Part shown: positions 10,824-21,993 of the stretch, piece by piece
How positions within the stretch are numbered: position 1 is the stretch's first letter
Layout: each line of letters opens with the position of its first letter
Assembly (NCBI GenBank): GCA_021814615.1
Contig: JAKAHZ010000004.1
Span: 6,246 to 70,245 of the forward strand
Length of the DNA: 64,000 nt
Origin: Nitrospirota bacterium
GTDB taxonomy: Bacteria; Nitrospirota; UBA9217
Reading direction: 5' to 3'
Notes under the pieces: generated by a model
What the model was told of the DNA's origin: nothing
Database searches by the model: none
The model's input: the letters and a program-made list of their open reading frames with translations, nothing else
Position numbers and translations under genes: made by a program

Positions 10824-11729
10824 TCATTCTTCTCCACCGCTTTCCGATTTCCCGGCGCGACGCGCGCGGGGATGGGCGCGGTCATAGGCGTCCATGAGCG
10901 AATCGAGGTTCAGGTGTGTGTAACGCTGCGTTGTCGATAGACTGGCATGGCCGAGCAGCTCCTGGATCGAGCGCAGATCGGCTCCGGATTCCAGAAGGTG
11001 CGTGGCAAAGCTGTGCCGCAGCGTGTGCGGGGTCGCATTGCTCTGCAGTCCCAGCGCTTTTCGATATTTGGCTACAATACGCTGAACGCTCCGGGCTGTC
11101 AAGCGTTTTCCCGACGGGCCGGTAAAGACGGCGTCGCCGGATGCCGTTTCAGGGCTCTTGCGCGAGCAATAGGCGTCAATGGCGCCGAGTGCATGCCGGC
11201 CGATGGGAACAATCCGCTCCTTGCGGCCTTTGCCGCGGACCCGGAGCAGCCGGTCCTGCCGGTTGATGTCCGCCTGGTCGATCGCCACCAGCTCGCCGGC
11301 GCGGATTCCGGCGGAATAGAGCGTTTCGAGCACTGCTCGGTCGCGGAGAGCGGCGGAAGCATCGCCGTCCGGAGATGCGAGCATGCGGAACGCATCGTCA
11401 ACGCTCAGGACCGCCGGAAGCCTTTTCTCCCGTTTCGGCGTTGAAAGGAGCGCCGCGGGGTTCCGGGCCACGACTCCTTCCCGCAAGAGGTAGCGGAACA
11501 ACGAGCGAATGGCCGCAAGTTTGCGGGCGATGGTCGCTTTCGCCAGCGAACCGGCGTACAGATGGCCCAGATAGCGCCTGAGCTCCAGGTGATCGACATC
11601 GGCGATGTCCCTGGGGCCGAAGAAACGGCAGAACTCCTCGAGATCCGTGCGGTAGCTCCGGTCGGTATGGGGCGAAACATTCCGTACCGTGCGCAGGTAG
11701 ACGAGGAAATCTGCAGCGTGCTTTTGCAT
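10824..11729 (-). CDS. xerC: Tyrosine site-specific recombinase XerC/CodV-like
   Basis: C-terminal [32 protein letters not shown] motif of phage-integrase-family recombinases. Sits immediately upstream of hslVU, as codV does in B. subtilis. Confidence 0.85.
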   Translation of the reverse strand: MQKHAADFLVYLRTVRNVSPHTDRSYRTDLEEFCRFFGPRDIADVDHLELRRYLGHLYAGSLAKATIARKLAAIRSLFRYLLREGVVARNPAALLSTPKREKRLPAVLSVDDAFRMLASPDGDASAALRDRAVLETLYSAGIRAGELVAIDQADINRQDRLLRVRGKGRKERIVPIGRHALGAIDAYCSRKSPETASGDAVFTGPSGKRLTARSVQRIVAKYRKALGLQSNATPHTLRHSFATHLLESGADLRSIQELLGHASLSTTQRYTHLNLDSLMDAYDRAHPRARRAGKSESGGEE

Positions 11730-11788
11730 GCACCAACTCTAGCTCAGTGAAGATGAATTTGCAAGGGGAAGGGACGTCCGGCAGGGTG

Positions 11789-14011
11789 TCAGGAGGGGCG
11801 GGAAAGGGCTTTCTTGATCGCCATCCCGATGTCCTGGAGGGAAAAGGGTTTCTGAACGAATCCTGCTGCGCCCTGGCGCAGGAGCTCATTGATGCCCGAA
11901 AAATTGTTGTTGCTGTACCCGGAATAGAGCAAGACGGGGACGGCCGCGTCGATGGTCTTGAGCGAACGAAATACCTCGCTGCCCCCCATTTTTGGCATGA
12001 CCATGTCGAGGATGACAAGAGAGATGTCTCCCCGCCGCTCACGGAATTGCGCTATGCCGCTTACGCCGTTCTCGGCCAGGAATACCGTGTAGCCGAGGGA
12101 TGTCAGGATGTCCCTGCAGAGTTCGCGCACATGCGGTTCGTCGTCAATGACCAGAATCGTACCGCTGCCGCGGATGTCCGTGAGTTCATCGTTTGCAGGC
12201 TGAACGGCAACGCGGGTAACGGGAAGATAGATATTGAACCGTGTGCCTTTGCCCGGTTCGCTGTAGAGGTTAATGTACCCGCCGTGGTTGTTGACGATCG
12301 AATGAACGATGTAGAGGCCGAGTCCCGATCCTTTGCCGGCTTCCTTGGTGGTGAAAAAAGGATCGAAGATTTTCGTCTGGGTTTCCGCATCAATACCCGA
12401 TCCCGTATCAGCGATCGACAGCCTGATGAAACCGCGTTCCTCCGGGTGTCCATCCCCGGTCGTCAAGCTGCGGTCGGACACCAGGGCGGTTTCGATGATG
12501 AGCCTGCCGCCCTTTGGCATGGCGTCCCGCGCATTCACGGCAAGATTGATGATGACCTGCTGGAGCTGCGAAGCGTCGGCGTCGGTGACCGGCAGGCTTT
12601 CGTCGAGGGCCGTCACGAGTTCGATGTCCTTGGGGAGGCTCCGGGAGAGGAGATCGAGGGAGCTCCGTACGATGTCGTTCACGGCAACCGGTTTGGACTC
12701 GAGCTGTTCCTTGCGGGTGATGGTCAGTATCTTCTTGCCGAATTCTGCGCCGCGCTTCGCCGCGTCGTGAATGATCTGCGCCGGCTTGTGGAGCGGGTCT
12801 CCCTCTGTCGTTTGCCTGCAGATGATGCTGGAGTATCCGAGGATAGCCGTGAGAAGGTTATTGAAATCATGTGCCATGCCGCCGGCCAGGGTTCCTACGG
12901 CCTCGAGCTTCTGGGAGCGCATGAGGCGTTCCTGGAACCTTCGCTGTTCCGAGATGTCGATCAGGTATCCGTCGTATCCCGCGATTTTTCCCTGCGCATC
13001 CCGCTCGGGATAGAGCGAAAGGGAAATCGTCAGTTCGCTCCCCTCCCTTCCGACGGCGCGCATATCGCGATGGTGGATCTCTCCGGCCGCGGCCATGGCC
13101 AGGCAGGCAGCCGCGTCGCTGTCTCCGAGGATCGCCTCGCAGAGCGAGGAGATGGGGCCGAAAAGTTCGTGAAACCGGTTGTTTGCCTCGATCAGCATCC
13201 CCTGGGGATCCATGCGGAAGATACCGTGATCCACGCGTTCGAAGAGCGACCGCATCCGGCGGTCCGATTCAACGAGTTGCCGCTCCTTGTCCGCAACGGA
13301 GCGGCACATGGCATGGAATTCCCGGTCCAGGTCCTTGAGCTCCGCGGGCGCGGACGCGGGAAGCGGGGTAGCGGCCGGCACGGCGCCGTGGCTGAACGCT
13401 TCGACGGCCTGATGGATTCTGAGCACCGGATTCACGATCATCCTGCGGATCAGGGCGACGAGCACGATAATGGCGAAAACGGCGATGGATGCGGCGATCA
13501 CCATGGTCGTGATGATGAGCCGGCGCACCTCGGTGCGCAGCGTCGCCGACGACAGGGTGAGCCTGACATAGCCGATGGTGACCGGCTCCGACGAAGGGGA
13601 GGGATGATACACGATGGGGCTGTAGAAATCGTAACTGTCTTCCTGCACGTAGTGGACGGCTTCGGGGGACTGTTCGAAGTGCCGGATCGCCTCGGGAAGG
13701 GGCGCCGAGGTGATCTGGTCGAAGGGGAAGGCATCAATGCTGTTCCAGATCGTGGAAAAGACCTGAAGCCGCGTGACATCGGGCGCCTGGATCACATAGG
13801 ACGCCTTGCGCAGAAGGTCCAGGTCCTCCTTGACCAGCCCTTCTTCCACGGCCTTGGAGAGCGTGTAGGTCAGCGTCTCTCCCCGCATGATCCGGTTCCG
13901 TTCCCGGCTTGCGGTATAGGTCGTCGTGAAAAATACCGTGATGACCGTTCCGATCACCACGATGATCACCGTGACGGCAATCGCGATGCGGGTCTGCAGG
14001 GAGCCCGTCAT
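11789..14011 (-). CDS. Hybrid sensor histidine kinase (2 TM + periplasmic domain, HAMP, PAS, HisKA, HATPase_c, C-terminal receiver)
   Basis: H-box AHDFNNLLTAILGY. N/G1/G2 boxes (NLAVNARDAM, DTGSGI, GSGLGL). Receiver domain ILVIDDEPHV...ILDMVMP. Two hydrophobic segments flank a ~150-aa loop. Confidence 0.85.
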   Translation of the reverse strand: MTGSLQTRIAIAVTVIIVVIGTVITVFFTTTYTASRERNRIMRGETLTYTLSKAVEEGLVKEDLDLLRKASYVIQAPDVTRLQVFSTIWNSIDAFPFDQITSAPLPEAIRHFEQSPEAVHYVQEDSYDFYSPIVYHPSPSSEPVTIGYVRLTLSSATLRTEVRRLIITTMVIAASIAVFAIIVLVALIRRMIVNPVLRIHQAVEAFSHGAVPAATPLPASAPAELKDLDREFHAMCRSVADKERQLVESDRRMRSLFERVDHGIFRMDPQGMLIEANNRFHELFGPISSLCEAILGDSDAAACLAMAAAGEIHHRDMRAVGREGSELTISLSLYPERDAQGKIAGYDGYLIDISEQRRFQERLMRSQKLEAVGTLAGGMAHDFNNLLTAILGYSSIICRQTTEGDPLHKPAQIIHDAAKRGAEFGKKILTITRKEQLESKPVAVNDIVRSSLDLLSRSLPKDIELVTALDESLPVTDADASQLQQVIINLAVNARDAMPKGGRLIIETALVSDRSLTTGDGHPEERGFIRLSIADTGSGIDAETQTKIFDPFFTTKEAGKGSGLGLYIVHSIVNNHGGYINLYSEPGKGTRFNIYLPVTRVAVQPANDELTDIRGSGTILVIDDEPHVRELCRDILTSLGYTVFLAENGVSGIAQFRERRGDISLVILDMVMPKMGGSEVFRSLKTIDAAVPVLLYSGYSNNNFSGINELLRQGAAGFVQKPFSLQDIGMAIKKALSRPS

Positions 14012-14877
14012 GGCACATCCAGGAGGGAAACAACATTCTGGGAACGGATGAACTTCTGTCCCTCCTTGCTGAGAATATAGTCCACGAACCGTTGCACCTC
14101 GGGTTTGGGTGAATGGGGAAGCAGAATGAACAGGGGCCTGCGATAGGGATAGGCGCCGGAAATAATGTTCTTGACCGTCGGTTTGACGCCGTTCACCTTC
14201 AGCAGTTTGACAGCCCGTTTCTGGGCGCTCGAGAAACCGGTGACGGCGAAACCGTCCGGGGTTTTTTCGACCATTTGTTCGACAATGCCGGTGGAAGCGA
14301 GGAACAGCGTGTCCGGCGATTCCACAGGTTCCTTTCCCTGCAGGATGAGCGACTTCGTCGAGGACTCGACGCCGGAAAGTCCGATCCGGGCGCGGGAGAT
14401 GAACAGTTTGATCCGACCATCCCTGCCCTTGAGCTGCTTCCAGTCCCGGATACGGTTCATCAGGATATCGTGGATCTGGGCGGCCGTGACGGAGGAGACG
14501 GTATTGGAGGGATGGACGATGAAGACGAGCGCATCCCAGGCAACCTGCACGAACTGCACATCCTGGGGGTCGTCCTTCTCGCGCGACCGGCAGGAAGCGG
14601 CGAAATCCACTTTTCCGCTCCTGAGATCATCGATGCCAACGGCGCTGCCGCCGCCGCGGACGAGCACCCGGACGCCGGTGCGGCGCTCATACTCCCTCGC
14701 CAGCTCGGTGAGGTATCCCTCGTTGCTGACCGAACAGCCGCTGCCGGCAATGTAATCCGCGGCCAGAACGGGAGTGGTTGGGGTGATCAGGATAATCAGG
14801 AATGCGACGATGACGAATGACGGCAAGAACCGCGCGGCGTTGCGACATGGCTGTGATGAGTAGTGCCAGGGAATCAC
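14008..14877 (-). CDS. Periplasmic phosphate/anion-binding (PstS-like, PBP superfamily) protein co-transcribed with the kinase
   Basis: Signal peptide present. PstS-like fold pattern. Overlaps the kinase start by 4 nt. Confidence 0.55.
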   Translation of the reverse strand: MIPWHYSSQPCRNAARFLPSFVIVAFLIILITPTTPVLAADYIAGSGCSVSNEGYLTELAREYERRTGVRVLVRGGGSAVGIDDLRSGKVDFAASCRSREKDDPQDVQFVQVAWDALVFIVHPSNTVSSVTAAQIHDILMNRIRDWKQLKGRDGRIKLFISRARIGLSGVESSTKSLILQGKEPVESPDTLFLASTGIVEQMVEKTPDGFAVTGFSSAQKRAVKLLKVNGVKPTVKNIISGAYPYRRPLFILLPHSPKPEVQRFVDYILSKEGQKFIRSQNVVSLLDVP

Positions 14878-15005
14878 GACGCCTCCTCCACAGGATGTCC
14901 GGCAGGAGCAAGTAGCTTACAATAGCATAGACCGGCGCAGAATACAAGCATTGCGCTCCGGACTGCCCGGGCCGAAAGGGAAGGGGCGAAGACGCGTCGC
15001 CGCGC

Positions 15006-17285
15006 TTATTCGGACGGCTCGGGCGCGCCCGCGGGAACCGGGATTTCCTTGTATCCGCATTCCTTTTTATAGCAGGCGATGGTGATGCCGGTCTTCTTCG
15101 AGAATTTCTCGACCAGGAAGGGGGCGCCGCACTGCGGGCAGGGGCGGGGGACCGGTTTGTACCAGAGCGCGAACTTGCAGTTCGGATAATTGGCGCAGGA
15201 ATAAAACACCTTGCCGAACCGGGACCGGCGCTCGACGATCTTGCCGCCGTCCTCGGGGCAGGTGACGCCCGTGGACATGCCCTGGGTGTGGTTGCATTCG
15301 GGATACCGGGAGCAGGCGAGGAACTTGCCGAACCGTCCCCGCTTCACGACCATCGGGGAATTGCACTTGGGGCAGAGCTCGTCGGTCGTCTCCTCGGGAG
15401 CCGCCTGCACTTCGCCGCTCTCGGTGCGCACGAAGGGCTTGGTATTTTTGCAGTCGGGGTACCCGGAGCAGGCGAGGAACTGGCCGTTTCTGCCCCATTT
15501 GATCACCATCGGTTTGCCGCACTTGTCGCAGGCGATGTCCGTCGGCGTCAGCTCGGCCTTCAGGTTCTTCATCTCCGACTGGGCGGTCTCGAGGTCCTTG
15601 GCAAAGGGCCCGTAGAAGTCCCTTACCGCCGCGACCCACTTCATTTCGCCTTCCTCGATCTTGTCCAGTTCCGATTCCAGGCGGGCGGTGAACTCCACGT
15701 CGAGAATATTGGCAAAGTACTGGACAAGGAGCTTGTTCACCAGCTCGCCGAGTTCGGTGGGGCGGAACTTGTTCTCCACCTTCTCGACATAATCGCGGTC
15801 CTGGATCGTCGAGATGATGGCGGCGTAGGTGCTCGGCCGTCCGATGCCCTTTTCCTCCAGGGTCTTGACGAGAAGCGCCTCGGAAAAACGCGGCGGCGGC
15901 TGGGTGAAGTGCTGCTTCGGATCGAGCTTGAGCAGCGTCAGGACCTGGCCGTCGGCGAGGGGCGGCAACAGGCCTTCGGCGGCCTCGTCCTCGGCCGGCT
16001 GCTGATCCTCGGATTTCTCCTCGGTGTAGACCGCCATGAAACCGGGGAATTTGACGACCGAGCCGGTGGCCCGGAAGATATAGCCCTTCGCCGTGATGTC
16101 GGCGGAGGTCTGGTCGATGATCGCCGGGTTCATCTGGCTTGCAATGAACCGGTTCCAAACGAGCTTGTACAGCTTGTACTGGTCGGGTTCCAGATGCTGC
16201 TTGATTGCGTCGGGCTCCCGCATGGCCGACGTGGGCCGGATCGCCTCGTGCGCTTCCTGCGCCGTTTTCGCGCTGGCATAGACCGGCGGTTTTTCGGGCA
16301 GGAACGCCGCGCCGTATTTCTTCCCGATCAGTTCCCGGGCCTCGTCCTGCGCCTCCCTGCTCACGCGCGTCGAGTCCGTACGCATGTAAGTGATCAGACC
16401 GACGGTTCCTTCCTTGCCGATATCGACGCCTTCATAGAGGGACTGGGCCACGCCCATGGTCCGGCGCGCGGTGAATCCGAGCTTGCGTCCTGCCTCCTGC
16501 TGCAGTTTGCTCGTGGTGAAGGGGGGGACGGGATTCCTGCGGCGCTCCTTGCGCTCCACCCGCGACACGACATAGCTGGCGCCGGCGAGCGCAGCCAGGA
16601 TCTGCTGCACCTCGTCGTTGTTCCTGACCCGGAGTTTCTCCTCGTCCTTCTTGAGCAGCTTGGCCTCGAACTGCGGCGGGACGGCTCCTTCGAGGAGCGC
16701 GGTGAGCGACCAGAACTCCTCGGGCTTGAAGGCCTTGATCTCCTCCTCTCGTTCGCAGATCAGCCGCACCGCAACCGACTGGACGCGGCCCGCGGACAGC
16801 CCGCGGCGCACCTTTTTCCAGAGCAGGGGGCTGATCTGGTATCCCACGAGGCGGTCGAGGACCCGGCGGGCCTGCTGAGCGTCGACCTTGTTCACATCGA
16901 TCTTGCCGGGCTGCTCGATGGCCTGGAGAATGGCCTTCTTCGTGATCTCGTTGAACAGGACGCGGTAGATCGCCTCGGGAACGACGGCGCTCGAAACGAC
17001 CTCGGCCACATGGGAGGCGATGGCCTCGCCTTCGCGGTCGGGGTCCGTCGCGATCAGCACGCGGTCCGCCTTCTTTGCGGCGCTTTTCAGCTCCTTGACC
17101 ACCGGCGCCTTGCCCTTGATCTGGATGTAGGTGGGAAGAAAGTCCTTCTCGATGTCCACACCGAGCTTGCTTTTGGGAAGGTCCATGATGTGGCCGACGG
17201 ATGCCTTGACCGTATAGTCCTTCCCCAGGTATTTGCCGATGGTCTTTGCCTTTGCCGGAGACTCTACGATAACCAGTGATTTCAT
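15006..17285 (-). CDS. topA: DNA topoisomerase I
   Basis: TOPRIM N-terminus MKSLVIVESPAKAKTIGKYLG and DPDREGEAIA. Multiple C-terminal C4 zinc ribbons. Length 759 aa. Confidence 0.92.
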   Translation of the reverse strand: MKSLVIVESPAKAKTIGKYLGKDYTVKASVGHIMDLPKSKLGVDIEKDFLPTYIQIKGKAPVVKELKSAAKKADRVLIATDPDREGEAIASHVAEVVSSAVVPEAIYRVLFNEITKKAILQAIEQPGKIDVNKVDAQQARRVLDRLVGYQISPLLWKKVRRGLSAGRVQSVAVRLICEREEEIKAFKPEEFWSLTALLEGAVPPQFEAKLLKKDEEKLRVRNNDEVQQILAALAGASYVVSRVERKERRRNPVPPFTTSKLQQEAGRKLGFTARRTMGVAQSLYEGVDIGKEGTVGLITYMRTDSTRVSREAQDEARELIGKKYGAAFLPEKPPVYASAKTAQEAHEAIRPTSAMREPDAIKQHLEPDQYKLYKLVWNRFIASQMNPAIIDQTSADITAKGYIFRATGSVVKFPGFMAVYTEEKSEDQQPAEDEAAEGLLPPLADGQVLTLLKLDPKQHFTQPPPRFSEALLVKTLEEKGIGRPSTYAAIISTIQDRDYVEKVENKFRPTELGELVNKLLVQYFANILDVEFTARLESELDKIEEGEMKWVAAVRDFYGPFAKDLETAQSEMKNLKAELTPTDIACDKCGKPMVIKWGRNGQFLACSGYPDCKNTKPFVRTESGEVQAAPEETTDELCPKCNSPMVVKRGRFGKFLACSRYPECNHTQGMSTGVTCPEDGGKIVERRSRFGKVFYSCANYPNCKFALWYKPVPRPCPQCGAPFLVEKFSKKTGITIACYKKECGYKEIPVPAGAPEPSE

Positions 17286-17413
17286 GGTGGTGTTGACCTT
17301 TCACGCCGGGAACGGGTGCCGCCGGGGACGCATGGCGATGCTCCGTTCCGCAGCGGCTGCGGGCGCCTGCTTCTCAGTGTGCTCGGCCTCGCTCTGCTAC
17401 CGAAGCCGAAGCC

Positions 17414-17884
17414 CTAATGCCACGATGCTCCCTTGCGCTCGGGGACCGGGGCGTCGTCCTCTTCCGGTTCATCCCTGCCTTCAAAAAAGTTGAGGATCAG
17501 CAGGGGCTTTACGTCGGAAAGACCGATCTTCCTGCGGTGCAGGGACAGGGCTTTCTCGATGATCTCCTCGCGCTGGTCCGCCGTAATGATGCCGAGCAGT
17601 GCCAGCTTGGAAACGAACCCGAAGGCGTCGACGGCGAATCGCGTCCGCTCTTCGGCGGTCATGGTGCGCATGCCGCCCTGCATCAGGGCATCGCCCGGTT
17701 GCTCGGCGCGCAGGGCATCGAGCGACAGGGATTGCATCATCGTGAGGGCGGTGTCCACGTCCTGAGGATGATAGCCGCTCTTCACCAGGGCGTTCATGAT
17801 GCTTCCTTCCTTATTGAACAGATCCTGGCGCGACTGCACCTGGCCGGCAATGAGCGAGACGAGATGCATAAAATGTTCTTCCAC
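17414..17884 (-). CDS. smg: Smg (DUF494) protein
   Basis: 156-aa acidic protein located between dprA and topA, the conserved smg position. Family-level similarity only. Confidence 0.6.
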   Translation of the reverse strand: MEEHFMHLVSLIAGQVQSRQDLFNKEGSIMNALVKSGYHPQDVDTALTMMQSLSLDALRAEQPGDALMQGGMRTMTAEERTRFAVDAFGFVSKLALLGIITADQREEIIEKALSLHRRKIGLSDVKPLLILNFFEGRDEPEEDDAPVPERKGASWH

Positions 17885-17909
17885 GTGCTATGGTACCGGT
17901 CCTTTCTGA

Positions 17910-19034
17910 TTACGTAGCGACCCTCATAAAATACTTCCCCGGAAGCTGTTTTGCAAGTCCCTTCAATTCGAGGACCGTCAGAACGCCGCTGAGCCGCCCG
18001 GGATCGCTGCCCAGTTTCGCGCCGAGGTCGTCGATGTGCAGGGGCTCGGACGTGAGCTGCGAGAGCGCCGCCGCCTCGTCGGGCGAAAGGAGCGGCAGCG
18101 GCGGCTGAAGCTGCGGAGGCACGTCCCGGCCTCCGAGGTGGCGGAGCACGTCTGCGGCCTGGGAGACGAGGATCGCCCCCTGGCTGATCAGGCTGTTCGA
18201 TCCCTTGCTCACCGGCGAACTGACGTTGCCCGGCACGGCAAAGAGTTTCCTGCTCTGCTTACGGGCGAAGTCCGCGGTGATCAGGGAGCCGCTGTCCTCG
18301 GATGCTTCGATGATGACCGTGCCTGCCGCAAGGCCGCTGATAATGCGGTTCCTGCCGGGAAAGTAGCCGCTCTCCGGGCGCGTGCCGAAGGGATTCTCCG
18401 AGAGGACCGCGCCGTTCACGGCGATCTCCTCCAGAAGTCCGCGGTTTTCGGGAGGATAGGCCACATCGATGCCGCATCCCAGGACCGCGATGGTCCTGCC
18501 GCCGCCCGCCAGGGCGCCCTGGTGCGCGGCGGTATCGATGCCCCGCGCGCAACCGCTTACGACGGTCCGGCCCGCCTGGGCGAGTTCATTAGCCATGCGG
18601 CGAGTGACCGTGAGGCCGTATTGAGTCGGCGTTCTCGTCCCCACCAGCGCAACCGCCCCGCCGTCTCCCGCCGTGAGCGTGCCGCGCACATACAGGTAGA
18701 GCGGGGCATCGGGAATGTCCCTGAGACAGGCGGGAAAGGCGTCGTCAGCCGATGTGAGCACGGCAACGCCTGCGGACTCCGCCCGCTCAAGCTCCTGCTC
18801 GGCCTGCTCCCGCCAGGCGTGCGAGCCGATGGCCAGCGCTACCTTGTCCGGCACGCCCGGAACCGCGGCGATCTCCTCCGGGGTCGCGGCAAGCACCTTG
18901 CCCGGAGAGCCGAAGGCCGCCGCCAGTTTGCGGAACGTCCGGCGTCCCACGCCGGGCACTGAGTTCAGCCCGATCCATGCAAGTGTCTCTGAAGGTGTGG
19001 ATGTCATGCGCGGTCCCTCGCTACGGGATAGCAA
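17910..19034 (-). CDS. dprA: DNA processing protein DprA (Smf)
   Basis: Rossmann-like DprA core (...TIAVLGCGIDVAYP..N..L...SE.P.G..P....FP.RNRIISGL...V.IEA...SGSLITA..A). Length 374 aa. Confidence 0.85.
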   Translation of the reverse strand: MLSRSEGPRMTSTPSETLAWIGLNSVPGVGRRTFRKLAAAFGSPGKVLAATPEEIAAVPGVPDKVALAIGSHAWREQAEQELERAESAGVAVLTSADDAFPACLRDIPDAPLYLYVRGTLTAGDGGAVALVGTRTPTQYGLTVTRRMANELAQAGRTVVSGCARGIDTAAHQGALAGGGRTIAVLGCGIDVAYPPENRGLLEEIAVNGAVLSENPFGTRPESGYFPGRNRIISGLAAGTVIIEASEDSGSLITADFARKQSRKLFAVPGNVSSPVSKGSNSLISQGAILVSQAADVLRHLGGRDVPPQLQPPLPLLSPDEAAALSQLTSEPLHIDDLGAKLGSDPGRLSGVLTVLELKGLAKQLPGKYFMRVAT

Positions 19035-19118
19035 TTATACAGACAGCCGGGGTTTAGTCAAGGAAAATCTCCCGGCAGGTTGGTGGACGGTGCAGCATGT
19101 TGCGCAACGGAAAGGAGA

Positions 19119-19796
19119 TTATGAACGCCCGGCTCGCCGGAAAAGCGCGGGCAGAAGGGTAAAAAGGGCGAGGATCACCAGTGCAAGGAGCATCCTGCCG
19201 GAAAGGATATCACCGGCGGTCCTGATCGTTTCCAGCTGCATTCCCGCAAAGGCGAAGACCGCCGTTCCCGGAAGGATGCCGACGGCAGTGGTCCAGAGGA
19301 AGTCCTTGAGCGGGATGGACGTGAGGCCCGACAGGAAATTGACGAGAAAAAAGGGAAAGACGGGAATGAACCGGAGGGTGAGCAGGTACCGCCTGCCGTT
19401 CCGGTCCAGTTCTTCATTGAACCGCCTGAGCTGGAGGGCATAGGCCTGCTGCAGCCGGGCCCCGAGCAGGTGCCGGGCGGAAAGAAACGCGAGCGCTGCG
19501 CCCATGGTCGCGCCGAGATCGACGGCGGCAACGGCGGCCGCGACGCCGAAGAGATAGCCGCCTGCCACGGTCATGACCGCTGCGCCGGGGATCGAAAGCG
19601 CCGTGACGCATATATAGGCCAGGACGTACAGGAACAGAGCGGCTGCGCGATGGTTGTGCACGAAGAGCGCGAGCGTGTCGCGGTGCTTCCGGATGTTCTC
19701 GAAGGTGAGCAGATCGCCGACCCCCGCGAAACGGAGCGCGATGATCGCCGCGGCGAACAGGAGAAGCAGCGAGAGTTTTGCCGGCCGGGAGGTCAC
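19119..19796 (-). CDS. TVP38/TMEM64 (DedA/SNARE-associated) family membrane protein
   Basis: Multi-TM 225-aa protein with typical DedA-family topology. Overlaps the downstream gene by 4 nt. Confidence 0.6.
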   Translation of the reverse strand: MTSRPAKLSLLLLFAAAIIALRFAGVGDLLTFENIRKHRDTLALFVHNHRAAALFLYVLAYICVTALSIPGAAVMTVAGGYLFGVAAAVAAVDLGATMGAALAFLSARHLLGARLQQAYALQLRRFNEELDRNGRRYLLTLRFIPVFPFFLVNFLSGLTSIPLKDFLWTTAVGILPGTAVFAFAGMQLETIRTAGDILSGRMLLALVILALFTLLPALFRRAGRS

Positions 19797-21231
19797 GTGC
19801 GCCTCTTGCCGAAGAGGCGGGCGGCGATCTTCACCAGAGGATTCTTGCGCAGGCGGTCGATGTAGTAGTATTTCGCCGGCTGGCGGACCACGTCGGTGTA
19901 GGTGGGGTAGGCATGGATCATGGACGAGAGGTCGGTGAAGGGCCGGCGGAGATGGCGGAGGAGCTGGGCTTCATGGATTAGCTCGCCGGCCCGCTCTCCC
20001 AGGATGTGGGCGCCCAGCAGCATGCCGCGGCGGTCGCAGATGAATTTCGCCATCCCGAAGGAGGTGCTGTCGGTCCTGCTTCGGTCGATGTTCGCGTAGT
20101 CGTACCGGAGCACGGAGATCGATTCCCCGTGGAGCGTTCTCGCTTCCTCCTCGGTGATGCCCGCATGGGCGAGTTCGGGATCGGTGAAGGTGCACCAGAC
20201 CACCGTATTGTAGACCGCCCGCTTCCGGAAGGGCAAGAGGGCGTTCCGCGTTGCCGTGATGGCCTGGTATTCGGCCATATGGCTGAATTGATAGGGGCCC
20301 ACCACATCGCCGCAGGCATAGATGTTCCGGGCCGTGGTCCGCAGATACGCGTCGGTCCGGATGCCCTTCGCGCCGTAGGCGACGCCGGCGTTCTCCAGGT
20401 CAAGTCCCGCCGTGTTCGGCGCGCGCCCGACGGCGACGAGGAGTGCCGCGCTTTTCACCGTCTCGCGCCGACCCGAACGCTGCGCGGTCAGGTTCACCGT
20501 TTCCCCTTCCCGTGACACGTTCAGGACCCGTGTCTCCGGGAGGATCCGGATTCCTTCCTCCTGCAGGCGGCCGGCCAGCATGCGGGCGAGCTCACGGTCC
20601 TCATGCGGCAGGATGGCATCGTACTTTGCTATGACCGTTGTGGGTACGCCGAGGCGGGAGAAGGCCTGGGCCAGTTCGATGCCGACCGGACCGGCGCCGA
20701 GCACCGCGAGGGACGACGGGAGGTCTTCGATCGCGAAGATGTTCTCGTTCGTATAATAGGGGACGCTTTCGATGCCTTCGATCGCCGGAACTGCGGCGGA
20801 GGTGCCGGTGCAGATCATGAATTTCGACGCCGAGAGGACCGTGCCGTCCAGATCGACCAAGTGGTTGTCGAGAAAACGCGGGCTGCCGAAGAGCACGGCG
20901 ATGCCCGCCTTCTCGAAGACCGACGCGGGATGGCTGTCCGAGACCTTTTTGACTGCTGCCCGCGCATAGGCCATGGCGTTCTTCGCCGAAAGGACGGGAT
21001 TCCCGGCGAGCGACAGACCGTAGGTCTCCAGATGCCGGGTCTGGTGCGCAACGCGCGCCGCCTTGAGCAATGCCTTGCTCGGCACGCATCCCGCGTTGGT
21101 GCATTCGCCGCCGAGCAGGTTCTTCTCGATCATGGCGACCTTCTTGCCCATGCCGGCGGCGATCTTGGAGGTCACAAAGCCGGCTGCGCCGGCCCCGATC
21201 ACGATGAGGTCATAGTCATAGCGGGGCATGG
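19793..21231 (-). CDS. FAD-dependent pyridine nucleotide-disulfide oxidoreductase (dihydrolipoamide dehydrogenase / mercuric reductase-like)
   Basis: GXGXXG motif IVIGAGAAG. Redox-active disulfide motif GGECTNAGCVPSK. Start taken at the internal MPRYDYD. Confidence 0.8.
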
Positions 21232-21922
21232 TCTTCCTCCGGGATGCGGGCGGTAAAGGCGGGATCGGCAAGCAGCGCCAAGGTCCTTCTGCACGAGCCC
21301 GTCGAACCTGCGTTTCTGCGGGCAAGGTCCAAAAGGTCTTCGATGGTATCGACGTCCCGGAACTGCCGCAATTCACGGACCGTCAGGTTCGCCGAGTGCA
21401 GCCGCTCGCGGGTTGCCGCGAGGACCCGCGGTGTGCTCCAGGGGATGTTCCGGAAAAGCCCTGACCTGAATGACCCGCGCCGGAAGCCGATGAGATAGTA
21501 GCCGCCGTCCGCTGCCGGACCGATCACCGTATCAGCATCGTCAAGCGCCTGCGCTGCGGATTCGAGGATGCCGGCGGACAGATCGGGAATATCGCTGCCG
21601 ATAAGTATCGCCCCTTCCGATCCGGATGCGAAGGCCCGGCTGAAGGCATGGGCCATCCGCTCGCCCAGATCAGCGCCGGTCTGCGGCTGATAACGGCGAT
21701 GCGGGCCGAGCCACCGGGCCAGGTGGCCGGCCGCTTCAGCGGGATGGAATACGATGATGCAGGGATGGCCGGAGGCATCGATGGCATCGAGCATGTCCTC
21801 CACGCATGCCCGGTAGATCTTTTCCGTGCGGTCCCGTCCCAGGGACGCCGCAATCCGGGATTTGACCGGTTCGTGAAGGGGGGATTTGACGAAAAACAGT
21901 ATGGGAACGGTATCGCGCATGG
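21216..21922 (-). CDS. DUF2064 / rSAM-selenodomain-associated transferase 1-like (TIGR04282-like)
   Basis: ~235-aa nucleotidyltransferase-like fold (...ILFFVKSP...GGYYLIG...). Positioned in the cluster with the rSAM/Cys-rich and GT2 genes. Confidence 0.55.
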
Positions 21923-21993
21923 TCGTCAGGACATCCTTCGTATCGATACTATACCATGCGTGCAAGGGGGTGTCCTGCGAATTGCGAGCAGGG

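Noticed and set aside
11747-14080. 777-aa plus-strand ORF
   Set aside because: Antisense shadow of the histidine kinase gene. The translation is Arg/Gly/Asp-rich with no domain signatures; the minus-strand frame carries clear HisKA/HATPase/REC motifs.
15288-17279. 663-aa plus-strand ORF (also 15067..16158 and 16432..17304 minus-strand alternative frames)
   Set aside because: Shadow frames over topA in high-GC DNA. Only the 759-aa minus-strand frame has topoisomerase I motifs.
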